A stretch of 64,000 nucleotides of DNA, from contig NC_087456.1 in NCBI RefSeq assembly GCF_036321535.1, positions 10,044,001-10,108,000 on the forward strand. The letters run 5' to 3'. The stretch comes from Camelus dromedarius (Eukaryota). Of this stretch, positions 49,691-61,200 are shown piece after piece. The position numbers were made by a program, and so were the translations under genes. The first letter of the stretch is position 1, and each line of letters begins with the position of its first letter. Under the pieces are notes generated by a model that had not been told where the DNA came from, ran no database searches, and saw only the letters and a list, made by a program, of their open reading frames with translations.

Positions 49691-50829
49691 AAAGACTGGA
49701 ACTGTATACTTTAAATAAGTGAATTTTATGGTGTATGTATTTAGTCTTTAAAAAAAAAAATGTAGCTGGGTCTTGGCACCCAGTAGGTTACCTGTGACCA
49801 GGTACAGAGATGAAAAAGAGAATGGGGATTGACTGGAGCTGGTAATTCAGCTACCCACATGTGTTCCTTAGCTCTTACTGGGGCTGATTCTCCAGCACCC
49901 CTCTGCGACTTTTCGTGAGAGTCTCCGGTGGGAGAGGCTAGGTGGGCAGCGGTAACAAACAGAAGGCAGCAACCCGAGGCTCTGCTCCCCCTCCCACCAG
50001 TAACCTTTGGATACGCAGTAAAATTCAGTGCCAATTTCCCCACCAAAGCTCTTGTTTGGGAAACAAAACAAAACAAAACAAACACCTTTTCTGCTTTTGT
50101 TTCTCCTTCAAATGCCAGTTTTGAGTCACTTAGAAAGGGTCAGGGTGGATGCTGGCTCTGAAACCTTTGACAGCTACTGTATTTGCCTAGAGGTCCAATA
50201 GCAGGGCCGCTTCCCACAAGTTTCATTTTGAAGTTTCTGCCAAGCCATTAACATGTAACCAGAGTACAGAAATCAAAGGAAATTAGAGATGAGTTGAAAA
50301 CCAGTCTCATCTGCCGCTGGCCTGCCATCTATTCCTGGGCCAGGACAGGCCCTCCTTCTGAGCTGCTGTTTCCTGGTGCAGTGAGCCGTCGGGCCACCAG
50401 TTCCGCCTCTGACTAATCACATGGCATCAGGAGTTATTAAACATGTTTGGTATTCTTAAAAATGGGATACCGCTGCCTCTCCGGCTCTACCCTCTGCCTG
50501 AGTGCCATCTGGACGGGACTCTGCTTATGCATAACTTCTGCGAGTGAGGGAGGGTGAAGGGAGATGTGTGCACAGGGAGATCCAGGGACACCCTGAAAGG
50601 GCATTTAGCTTAGCATTGGATCAGGAAAGCCTTCTGCATGGAGATAGAGATGGATTAAAATAAAACATTCTATTACATGGCATTGGTCGCTTGTAAGGAA
50701 TATAAGAGAATGCATCTATAAACAAAATGTTTAAGGTATTCTAATTGATTGTCTCAAGCATCATGGTAGACATGTCACCTCTTCCTTGGTCATTTAATCA
50801 CATATAATCCTTCTCTTAAACCTTTACAA

Positions 50830-51000
50830 CAAACATGCCATTATTATGCTATACTATTATGCTCTCCGTTCTACAGACAAGAACACCGAGCTCACGAAGT
50901 GTACACAGCTTGCTTAAACTTTGCCTGACTGATTGGTGGCAGAGATGGGCCTGGAACCATGGTCTTCTGAGGCCAACACCCATGATCCCGCCCGGCAGCT
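50830..51000 (-). mobile_element. MIR SINE
   Basis: 'ctccgttctacagacaagaacaccgag...gcagagatgggcctggaacc...tctgaggcc'. Confidence 0.6.
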
Positions 51001-51169
51001 CTCAGATCTGATGAGAATCAAAACTGCCTCAGGTGTCGTGAGGATCGACAGGCATCCGACTTACTGCTTTCCATCTGTTCTATCCTTGAGGGACTTTTTA
51101 AAATTTCATTTTCACACAGTGTTGCATCTTTCATGATTTCCCTGGCTATTCTTCCCCTCGAGAGATTTC

Positions 51170-51420
51170 TGGATCAAGTCCAGGAGGCGGCATAGTGTAA
51201 GAGGGCAAGTGCATGAATGTGGAACCTGTATCTGAGCTGGAATTTTGCTAGCCAAATGACCTTAAGCAACTTATTTAACTTTATTATGCCTTTGTTTCCT
51301 CAATTATGCAATGGAAATAATGCCTCCTTCTGAGGTTTGTTCCAAAGATTAAACCAGTTAATGATGTTAAATGGTTAGGAAAGAGCTAGGCACAGAGTGA
51401 ATATGCAATAAATTCTACCT
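51170..51420 (+). mobile_element. MIR SINE
   Basis: 'atgaccttaagcaacttatttaact...gcctttgtttcctcaattatgcaatggaaataat'. Confidence 0.65.
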
Positions 51421-51689
51421 CGTATTGCTCTATCCCATTCTCTTTAGCGAAGAAGGAAAAGAAATGAAAAGAGCCAATATCCAAATCCATTTCAATAGTC
51501 TGTCCTTGGTAAGAATGCCAGTCAGTGACAGCTCTTCCCATGTGACCATGTGACCTTCCCTCTAAGCCTTGAATGTTGCCTTTACAGATCCAGCTGTTTC
51601 CTATAAATCTGTTCTCCAGATCAGCTTAGAAAGGTCATGCAACTTCAAAATTAGAACTACAGATACCAATGAAAATTCTAATTTGGTCA

Positions 51690-52030
51690 CCATTTAATGA
51701 TCACCTACTATGTCCTCGTCACGGGAGATAAAGAGAGATAGGAAGGACACAGTTCCTGCCCTTGAACTCTTGGCTCATTAGAGAGGTTCAGATAAGACCA
51801 CAAATAATCATAAATAAGGTGCAATAGGAGAGGCCCCGTAAGAGAGTGAAGAAAGTGCTCCGAGAGTTCCAGGCAGCGAGAGTAAGGACCTCATGAAAGG
51901 GGAGAATTCACCTGACTTTGAAAGACAGCCAGGATTTCAACCAGTGAGCGCAGCAGGTGGACATGGCCAAAGAACATTCCAAGTGGAGGAAATAAGCTTC
52001 GGCCAAGGCAAGAAAGTGGAGCAGTGAGGT
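51690..52030 (-). mobile_element. LINE2 3' fragment
   Basis: 'catttaatgatcacctactatgtcctcgtcacggg...acacagttcctgcccttgaact'. Confidence 0.6.
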
Positions 52031-53755
52031 CCCAAGCGGACGACATCAAGGAGTCAACTTGGCCTTAGCTCGAAAGCCAGGATCCACACATAAGTAGTGC
52101 GAGGAAGAGCAGGAGAGGTGGGTGGTGGCCAATTTAGTGGAAACTAAATTCTGAGCATGGGGGAAGGGCAGAGGGGAACTCAACTTAAATATAAATAGCC
52201 AGTGAAGCATGTTGGATGGGGAAAGTATAATTGGAGTTTTGATCAGAGTCCACTGAGCAGGAGATAAATAATAATAATCAGCTCTTGGGAGGTGATGAGG
52301 ATTAAATAAGTCCCAAACAGTAAAGCATCTAAGGAAGGTTATTAAGTGCAAAGTTAATTCTAATTCTCTTCCCCCTTCTACAGCACCCAGAAAAATCTGT
52401 TTTATTCGGAATTTGAGTGTCTGGCAGCGTCTAGAGTCTTGCCAAGACTCTGCTGTCTGTAAATGTCGCCTTCCTTCCCGGAATTCCACTAAGGAAGGGG
52501 TCAGCCCATGACCTGGGTCTAGAAAACCCCCAGGTGGAGGCCAGCGGAGATGCTCTTGTGACTTCTCGCTATTTACTTCAGCCTGGGGAACTTAGAATTC
52601 CACAGCTTAAACCCAGACCCCCTTGCCCTTCCTGCTAAAAGCCTGCCTGCGGGAAAGCTGGCCTCTCTCATCTTTTTTAATCTCTCTCTTTAGAGGCTCG
52701 TTTTGACTGACCAGCCAGCGCTGCTTGCATTCAGGCAGCGTGCCTCCCTCATTTCTCTCCACCGCACTGAGCCTGGAGGATGATTGGAGGGGTTTGTAGC
52801 CTTTCATTTCTTCTCCCCCTCTCCCCTTCTCCTGCCGCTGAGAGTCTTTTCTTCCTTAGATATGATAAGAACCTTCTAGCAGCTTCATCAGAGTCATTGT
52901 TAAGAGAAGGCGAGTCTTCTCACAATGGATACCTGATGACTTCTCCTTCCTGCGGACAAATCAGTCCTTGGAGAAAGGTTTCATTATTGCTCTAGTGCCA
53001 TTATTCTGAACGTGCCGGCCCAGGGCCCCTCACTCCGTCCCGACGGGGAGGGAGGGCAGAGGGAAAGAAAAATCCTGTTTCTTGCCCTTCCGTTTTTAAA
53101 GAGGTGGCTGTGAAAACACTCTGTCTCCACTAATGGGATGTGAAAGAGACGCAGCCTCTGCGCTTCTGGCAGAGTCCTTTATAGACTCCGAGGTTAACTG
53201 CGCTTTTCTGGGTTCCTCTTCTCCTGTCCGACGCAGGGTGTTTCATCTCCCTGGAGATCAAAATGCACTGACCTCTGCCCCCTCGAGCATTTCACAGTGT
53301 CTTAAAATCGAAAAACCATTCTTTTTGCCCTCGGCCCCTCCTCTGTAATTTGCCTTGGCTTTTGTTCTCACACCTGCGGGCTAGCTTCCATCAGAGCACT
53401 CAAAACTCAGGAACTCAGTGGCCCTTGTGGCCAAAGGACTGTGGCAGGCACGGTGGGGAATGAGTGACCTCTGAGCCTTCTCTGTTTCACGTCCCCATGT
53501 ACCAGAGAGCAAGGGCAGGCACCTTTGCTGTAAAGGCTAAGTTCTAAATAAGGCCTAAGAGTCTTTTACCCATCTGATTTGCTTGTGATGTCCCCCAGGT
53601 AACAGACACTCGTCTGAGTAATTATTTAATCATCAAGAAATTTAAGTCTAGATTTCCTAACCCAGCTCCCCCCCAGATTTCAAGACTAAACATCAATGCA
53701 TTAGTTTCTCACTCAATCTTTGGCTGCCTTTTGGGAAAGGGGAAGTCAACTATTT

Positions 53756-53865
53756 GTTTTTAATTTTATTCCCTTTTTGTTTTTTTTAATGGAGGCACTG
53801 GGGATTGAACCCAGGACCTTGTGCATGCTAAGCACGTGTTCTACCACTGAGTGTACCCACCCCCC
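53756..53865 (-). mobile_element. Camelid tRNA-Ala-derived SINE
   Basis: Antisense 'ggggattgaacccaggaccttgtgcatgctaagcac...ctaccactgag'; TSD gaagtcaactattt / gaagtaaactattt. Confidence 0.9.
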
Positions 53866-54095
53866 GAAGTAAACTATTTTAAGTCAAACTGAGAAGAAAA
53901 CATATAGATATTCACCAGTAAGGGGGGGGGGGGAGGATATTGGCCAGAAAAAGGAAAGTTAGAGCTCTCTATTAATAGGCAAGAGAGAAAAAAGAGAGAG
54001 AAAAGAGATTTAGTGTTGTAACTGAATCATTTGTTGGGAGAAAAGAAAATCCTGTACATTATGCTAACTACTGACCTGTAAAGCAGACACATTTT

Positions 54096-54259
54096 TTTAT
54101 AGATAACTTCTTTTTTAAAAAATTTATTTATTTATTGTTTTTGTTTGTTTTGGGGAGGTAATTAGGTTTATTTATTTATTTTAATGCAGGTACTGGGGAT
54201 TGAACCCAGGACTTCATGCATGCTAAGCACACACTCTACCACTGAGCTATACCCTCCCC
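54096..54259 (-). mobile_element. Camelid tRNA-Ala-derived SINE, long-tail form
   Basis: Antisense head plus 'ggggaggtaattaggtttatttattt' tail; TSD aaagcagacacatt / aaagcagagactt. Confidence 0.9.
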
Positions 54260-55203
54260 CTGAAAGCAGAGACTTTTAAACAGAGAGTCAAAGGCATTGA
54301 TTTTGGTAAATAAAGATGGAAAACCAACATGGTTTTGATATTGGAACGACATCCCTCTCCCTGCCTCCTTCCAGCCCTGTCACCGTCAAGAAGTGAGCAG
54401 AGCCAACTCTCAACAGCCCATGACAACAGGAAGGGGGCTTGAAACCATCTTGAGACTCCAAAGCCTCTTCTGTAGGGACTGGTGCCTTGCCTGCGTAATC
54501 TCCCCTTTCTAACTGTTGAATTAGGGGCAACTCTTTTCAAGGTGACGGTCCCCTTTACTTGTTACCTTATTCTTAGCTACATTTCAGTGGCGATGGAGTC
54601 ATTGCATAAGTGACCATTTGCTTTAGTCCTATTAAAGATTCACGTCCAAATGCTGAAGGGGTAACCAAGAGCAGGGTTTTCCTTTAACCAGATGGGTCAT
54701 TTCACAAGAGGTCCACATGGATTCATATAGAAGTGTTCGAAGATTCACTAGGCACAAGTAAAATGGGAACAAGCTTTAAGCCACCCCCTCATCTCCTAGC
54801 CCAGGTGGGGAGAAAAGTAAGCATCTCTGGTCCAGGGCTGTAGCTCTTACCAGTCCCAACAGGCTGAGGACAGAGCTGATGGATGAACATTGTCCTAATA
54901 GTCTGTGAATTGACGAAAAGTACTGAGTTCTCTTCTGTTCAGGGAGGTTCATCAGTGCTATTGGCAGGTTGTAGCCTGGACGGGTTGCTAGGATGCCCCA
55001 GAGGGAAGGGCTACTAGGTACTCGTGTGCTGCGGACCTATGCCGAGAATTACACTAATTCTTTCAGATTACATCCCTCAACGTCAGCCATATCCTTCCAA
55101 ATCAAATAGAGCATTTGCACCTATATTCAAATAATACCAGTGTAATAAAGTTGAATCTCCTCGCAACTCAGCTACATTTCAAGCATTGATAAGAATGGTG
55201 CCA

Positions 55204-56345
55204 GGGGAGTGGGCAAGATGGTGGAGGAGGAAGACCCTGAGCTCACCTCCTCCCATGGGCACCCCAAAAGTACAACTATTTACAGAGTGATGATCGATGA
55301 GAAAAGTCAAAAGTCTAGCAGAAGAGATCTCCTACAACTAAAGATATAAAGAAGGAATCACAATGAGATGGGAAGAGGGGAAGACATGAGATATAGTCAG
55401 GACACACACCCCTGGGTGGGTGACCCACAAACGGGAGGGTAATTACATTACAGAGGCCCTCCCCAAGGAGCAAGGGGTCTGCACCCTGACCCTGGGCTCT
55501 GCAGCCCAGGGGTCCTGCACCTGGAAGGTGAGCCCCAGACATGTGGCTTTGAAGGCCAGTGGGGCTTACGTTCAGGAGAGCCAGAGAGCTATGGGAATAG
55601 AGACCCCACTCTTAAAGGATGCACACAAAATGGCACATGCTGCAGGACCTGGGGCAGAAACAGTAAGTCGAAAGGAACTTGGGTCAGTCCCACGTGCTGA
55701 TCTTGGAGAGCCTCCTGGAGAGGCAGGAAGCAGCTGGAGCTTATGCTGAGAACACACAGACACTGGCTGCAGGCATTTTGGGAGCTCGTTCCACCACAAG
55801 GACACTGCAGCTGGTGAGCACCATGTTGGAACGTCCCCTCAAGCATATGAGCGCCGGGCCCGGCCCCTCCCACCAGCCTGTTGTCACCAGTACTTGGACT
55901 TCAGGCCAAGCAGCTGGCCAGGTGGAGACACGGCCTCATCCACCCACAGGCCTGCTGCCTTAAGAACCCCTGAGCCCACAGCTGGCCCACAAGCCGATGC
56001 TGGCCCACAAGCCGATGCTGGCCCTGCATACCCGTGCCCTGGCACTAGCCCCGGGACACCCAGGGAACTGCAGCCAGAGACACTGGGCCCTGGCTCTGCC
56101 CACCAGTGGGTAGGCACTGGCTCCAAGACCCCCTGAGCCCTGGCCCTACCCATCAGCAGGCCTATTTAAGCAGCAAGACACCTTAGACCCCTCAGCAAGC
56201 TAAGAGATCCAGCCCCACTCACCAGCGAGCCAACATCAGCTTTGGGACACCCAGATCCTGTAGCCAGCCATGTCAGGGACTGGCCCAACCCACCAGCAGG
56301 CTGAACCGGAACCCTGGCCCCATAACCATCCACGCCACAACCCAG
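55204..56345 (+). mobile_element. Cetartiodactyl-type L1 5'UTR without downstream ORF1
   Basis: Starts 'ggggagtgggcAAGATGGtggaggaggaagaccctgagctcacctcctcccatgg'; GC-rich repeats including an 18-bp tandem duplication at 55981-56016. Confidence 0.75.
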
Positions 56346-58499
56346 CTCTTTAAATTCTTTAAATTCACTCAGTTGAATTTTAGTTTTTTTAACATAAGCT
56401 ATAGAGATATTATCAGTAACATTGTGCATCATTCTAACAAAAGAAGTTCCTGAACTACATCACTTAGTGAACATTACTCAGCGGCCAGAATTTCACTGTT
56501 ACTAACCTCATCAGGGAGATTCTGCCCTTTTGTCCAATGGTGGCAACAAGGAAAAGCTGGCTGAGCATCTGGCAGGGATGTTCTGGGGGGCATGCCTGCC
56601 CTGGATGGGTACAGGCTGCAGGACATCTGAGGCCTCTTTAAACCCTGAGAGTTTGTGTCCTAGTTAAGGAGCCAAATAATTGTACACAATCTCCAGATTC
56701 CTTAAGTTTTACGAATGCTATTTTGGGGCTTGCTGGAATAACCTTGTGACTTAACTTTACGAAAATTCCCAATTCTAAAATCTAAATAAGTAAAGCAAAA
56801 CCAAAACAAAACCAAACCGAAAACATATTTATGTGTAATGAGGTCTTCCTGTTTCCCTGATGCTCCTTTGGAAAATAAAATTATACTGATTTTTTTATTA
56901 CCTGAGCTGTTACTAATTCAGGGATAAAGGGAACATGGGTGGAATGTCAATTCCTTCATCCTAAAGAGTTAGCAGCATTTCAAAAGCTGGAAGGTCATTC
57001 CGCAACTTTCCTGTATATTTAGGAGGGGAATAAATTTGAAATAAAGTAAATGGTTAAGAACTAGTGTTAATTGAAGATCAATCAGAAGTTAACCTACTTT
57101 ACATCTGAAATTACAGTGCTAATTGATAGAAAGCTAGGATTCAATTTAAAAGCAGATGGTTCCCATACAAATTTTCACAACTCTAGTAATACAAAAGATG
57201 AGACACCCTGCCACCATTGTTTACCCCTTCAATATCCAGAAATGGACCCCTTCAAAGACACGCAGGTGAAGAAAAGAAACTTCCCTGCTGGTTCTATTGG
57301 TTTAATTTCAGTGGGCGCCTACATTGGGGATGCAAGTAGGGTAGGGGCAGGGTCCGGACAGTGAGCAGACAGCATACACGTTACCAAACATAAATTGCCA
57401 GTAAGCTTTCTGTTTAACTGCTGTTGCACAGGAAACCTCTGTTCCCAACAAGGAGAAATTTGCAGGCTGGTCGCATTCATCACCAGGACAAGCCCTGGAT
57501 TTTATGCTGCTGTTGTGTTTGGTGGCTTGTTTTAATTAGGGACCGGGAAATTGATCAGCTTTAGCCTACCTACCCAGCACGGACTGGGGCTCGGGGTCTT
57601 GCTCCTTTCACTGCCATTTTTCCAAATTACTTTCTACAATTCTTCAGCTGCATCAACACTTTGACCCTGAGTTCACCTGAATCCAAAACTGCTGGTTGAG
57701 TTGGTCAACGCCAACAAGGAAATTCATGAAATAAAGTCAAGAAAAATCACTGTTTTGGCCAAACAGTTGATCTAAATGCAAGACGAAGAGCTTGAAGTCC
57801 ATCTCTTTAACAAGAAGCAAAAAGCTGTGAAGAGAATTTACCCAGAGGCATCTTATGTAAGGCAAAATTTAAGACAAGACAAACGTTTTTAAAATGTCAC
57901 CACCTCAACAACTTAAGGAGCCTCTGACAATTTCCAGGGATGTCCTTTTAACAGCAAATGAATTTAGCATTCTGTAAACACTTGCCTGTATTTCTGCTCT
58001 GCACCCCAATACATAAACACACACACACACACACACAAAACAAGACAAAGCAACTAGTTTTAGATGCAAAGATTGTGCTCTTTCCTAACAGATACATTCA
58101 TCGCTTAACAGAACTCATTACTTTGGAAGCAAATAAATCCTTTAGCTCTTAAGATGGTGTCAAGTATAACATTGTCTTGTATTTCAGAAAACAATGGTGC
58201 ACATATGGTCCAAAATTGAAAACAAGAAAAAAGGAGGGGAAGGAGAAGAAGGCTTTAAGAGGAAAAGGTTTTACACAAGCGGTGAAAGGAATGTTCTGTA
58301 ATGACTGGACAATAAGAAATTAAACTCCTACCACACACAAAGCACAGCTAAGCACTAGCTGGTTCTCTGTGAGGTCTCTGACTGCTGAAACCCCCGAACG
58401 GACATGGAATGAGTTAGCAGGGCCTCAGTTACTCCTGGCACCTTAGAGAGAATGGTGGATGGGGATTAAGGGGGGCCCGAATCTGTTCTCAGCACCAAC

Positions 58500-58575
58500 C
58501 AACCACATGGGACACTGACCAAGCCCCTCTCACTCTCGGAGCCCCTGTTTCCTCATCTACGGAATAAGGGGATTC
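58500..58575 (+). mobile_element. MIR fragment
   Basis: 'ctctcggagcccctgtttcctcatctacggaataagggg'. Confidence 0.65.
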
Positions 58576-58859
58576 ATGAAGATCAGAGCTGCCCAAAACG
58601 ACTGTCAGAACTCTAGTTCCATAGGTCATAGTGTAAGAAGAAAAAGTAAAATTATTAAATTAAGTGATTCGATAGTCAAATGAATTAGAGAAAGAGGGAG
58701 GGGGTCAGAGTCCAGCAGGTGTCTTTCCGTCCTCCTGACATTCTGCGTCATCCCTGCCGCACTCACCTCTCCAACTGGATGTCGGCTCCAGGAGGGCAGG
58801 GGTCCAGTCTGCCTTGAAAGGCAGTGGGATATCGACCTGGGCCGGCTCCGTGAGTGTGT

Positions 58860-59015
58860 GACCTGTGCAGGACCTCAGGGCCCTGTGCTCAGGTGGCCCT
58901 TAGTTTGATTTAATGCTCTATTGTTGCTGCATCAAAAGTCTTCATCATTTTTCAACAAGAGACCTCAGATTTTCCTTTGTCACCTGGCCCTACAAACTGT
59001 GGCCCTCCTCCTGCT
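58860..59015. mobile_element. MER91-like hAT-Tip100 element
   Basis: 'gggccctgtgctcagg...tttaatgctctattgttgc...atcatttttcaacaag...cagattttcctttgtcacctggccctacaaa'. Confidence 0.65.
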
Positions 59016-59054
59016 ATTAACTAGAAGCTCAGACTCCAGAGACAGATAAACAAA

Positions 59055-59350
59055 TGGACTGTACAGCCCAGCTTTGCCACTTACTACCTGTTTGGTCCTG
59101 GACAAGTCCGTTAGACTTCTGTGCCCCTGTTTCCTCATCTGTGACGTAGGAATGATAATGACAGGATGCGCTCATAGGGTCGTTGCCAAGTTTAAATGAG
59201 TTAGTACGAGTGGAGGACTTTGAATTGAGTCTGGAGCACTTGAAAGCATCACATGTAGATACTGCAGGTAACACAGCCCACCTCCCAGCACCAGAATAAG
59301 TTCTGGCACAGAGTAACACTGCATAAATATTTAGTAAATTAGTGAGGGCA
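59055..59350 (+). mobile_element. MIR SINE
   Basis: 'cccagctttgccacttactacctgt...ctgtgcccctgtttcctcatctgtgacgtaggaatgataat'. Confidence 0.75.
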
Positions 59351-59804
59351 TCTGCCACAATGTTCATGTAAATCTTTCCCAAAGGAAAATACAATATGTA
59401 TTTGACCATTTTGTCATTTGACTTCTGAAATTGTGCTCTTGCAAAACCCAAAAAATTATGCAATGAGGGTTTTTGTCCCAATCCTTTCTGCTGGCCGCCC
59501 CTCATCTTTCCTCGGGGACAACCAGTGCTGCCAGTTTCTTAAGTATATTTCAGACAGTCCGTGTAGAAATAAGTAAATATATATATTTTTTCTATTTTTA
59601 CACACATGGTGACAGATATAGAAAAACATGTGTCTATAAATATATACATAAAACATATATTTTGTTATACATATTTGCTATATATATGTTTGTTACATAT
59701 AAATGTGTGTGTGTGTTTCACTTATCTTGATTTTTCTTATCTTTCTCATATTTGAAGACAGTTCTAAGAACTTTGACAATCTACTTTATGGATATTTGCA
59801 TTAC

Positions 59805-59925
59805 TTTTTTTTTTTTTCCACTGTTTAATTGACAATCCTTTATTAGGCAACTTTGGTAAGAGTCCAAAAGCAGTCAGTGTAGATGGGTGAAAAACTAGGC
59901 TACAGTAGCAAAAAGTGCACTTTCA
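59805..59925 (-). pseudogene. Short polyadenylated retro-insert (truncated mRNA retrocopy or orphan 3' transduction)
   Basis: T13 at 59805-59817; AATAAA (tttatt 59839-59844) ~21 nt from the tail; TSD ttgcattac / ttgtattac; body not recognised as a repeat. Confidence 0.65.
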
Positions 59926-60248
59926 TTGTATTACATTGTACAGATGCACCACAATTTACTTAATGAGTTACCCACGAAAGGATATTCAGATTGTTTCCAA
60001 TCTCTTGATAGGGACAGACTTGCCATACGGATTATACAGATTTATCATTGTGTGATTACAACTCTAGAATAAATTCCTAGAAGTAGAATTGCAGACTCAA
60101 GGGTATATGTTTGTAATTTTGATATATTTTTGCCAAATTCCTTATCAACACTGTATAATGAAGCCATTTCCCACACCTTTATCAACACGGTGTGTCCAGA
60201 AACATTAGAACATTTACTAACTGATATTTGAAACATCTATTTAGTTTT

Positions 60249-60607
60249 TTTATTATTACTGAAGTATAGTCAGTTTCCAATGCGGTGTCAGTTTCTGGGG
60301 TACAGCATAAGGTTTCACGCATACATATATATACATACATTCCTTTTCATATTCTTTTTCATTATAAGTTACTACAAGATATTGAATACAGTTGCCTGTG
60401 CTGTAAAGTATAAACTTGTTGTTTATTTTATATATAGTAGTGAGTGTTTTGAAATCTCGAATTCCCATTTTATCCCTTCCCACCCCCCCTTTTTTTTTTT
60501 ATTCCTACCCACTCCTGGTAACCATGAGCTTATTGAATCCAAAAAAAAAAAAGACACAAATTAACTTATTTACAAAACAGAAACAGACTCACAGACATAA
60601 AAAAAGA
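60249..60607 (-). mobile_element. Young 5'-inverted L1 3' end
   Basis: 60249-~60532 antisense terminus; ~60533-60607 upstream piece in opposite orientation; perfect 10-bp TSD atttagtttt at 60239-60248 and 60608-60617. Confidence 0.9.
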
Positions 60608-61039
60608 ATTTAGTTTTAACTTGAATTTGGCTTATTATGAATAAAATTGGGCAGCTATTCCTATGTTCAAGGGAGCCTTTCTTAATTTCGTTCTTTCTTT
60701 CTTTCTTTCATTTCCCTGTGTGCATGTGTGTTTCTGTGTGTAAATGCTCTGTGCATATCCTCTGCATGGCTTTGTACCAAGTTGAACTATTTAAAAATAA
60801 ACTATGACTTTATTATTAAATTGTAGGAATTCTTGATATGCTTGAGAAACAAGCATTTTGTGGTATAAATTGAAAATAATTTACCAGTTTCTAAAACTTT
60901 TCTGTAATAGTCTATTACATACACAAATTTTTATTTTCATGAAGTCAGATTAAGAGCCACACTCAATCATTTTATTATCCTGCTTAACTGAGCTTATCCT
61001 ATTGGAGGTACTGATGAGTTCATGTAACCTCCTCTTACT

Positions 61040-61200
61040 CTCATGAAGAAGATAACTTTCTCATCCCCTGCTTACAGATGAGACAAGTGAGGTTCAGAGT
61101 GGATGTAGAACTAGTCAGATGGTGAATGAGTGGCAGAGGCGCGATGTAAACCCAGGCCCTTTGATTAGAACCCATCCCTTTCATCTGCCTCACTGTGTTG
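61040..61200 (-). mobile_element. MIR SINE
   Basis: 'tcccctgcttacagatgagacaagtgaggttcagag'. Confidence 0.65.

Larger units (their letters stand above)
59440..60960 (-). mobile_element. Old L1ME-type 3' region hosting two younger insertions
   Basis: Antisense motifs 'attgtacagatgcaccacaat...gattgtttccaa', 'attcctagaagtagaattgcag', 'tttgccaaattcc', 'tgcatatcctctgc'. Confidence 0.7.

Noticed and set aside
53921-53942. 'gggggaggatat' resembling the SINE 5' head
   Set aside because: Match stops after ~12 nt, with no A-box, tail or TSD; a poly-G coincidence
55420-56432. Multiple overlapping 80-110 aa ORFs
   Set aside because: Lie within a GC-rich L1 5'UTR; typical stop-poor repeat sequence
57646-57860. 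Exon-like segment with good acceptor (ttcttcag) and donor (TAT|gtaagg)
   Set aside because: Stops in all three frames and no homology recognised; at best a non-coding pseudo-exon
59029-59505. 158-aa minus-strand ORF
   Set aside because: Spans a MIR and an L1 relic; not a gene
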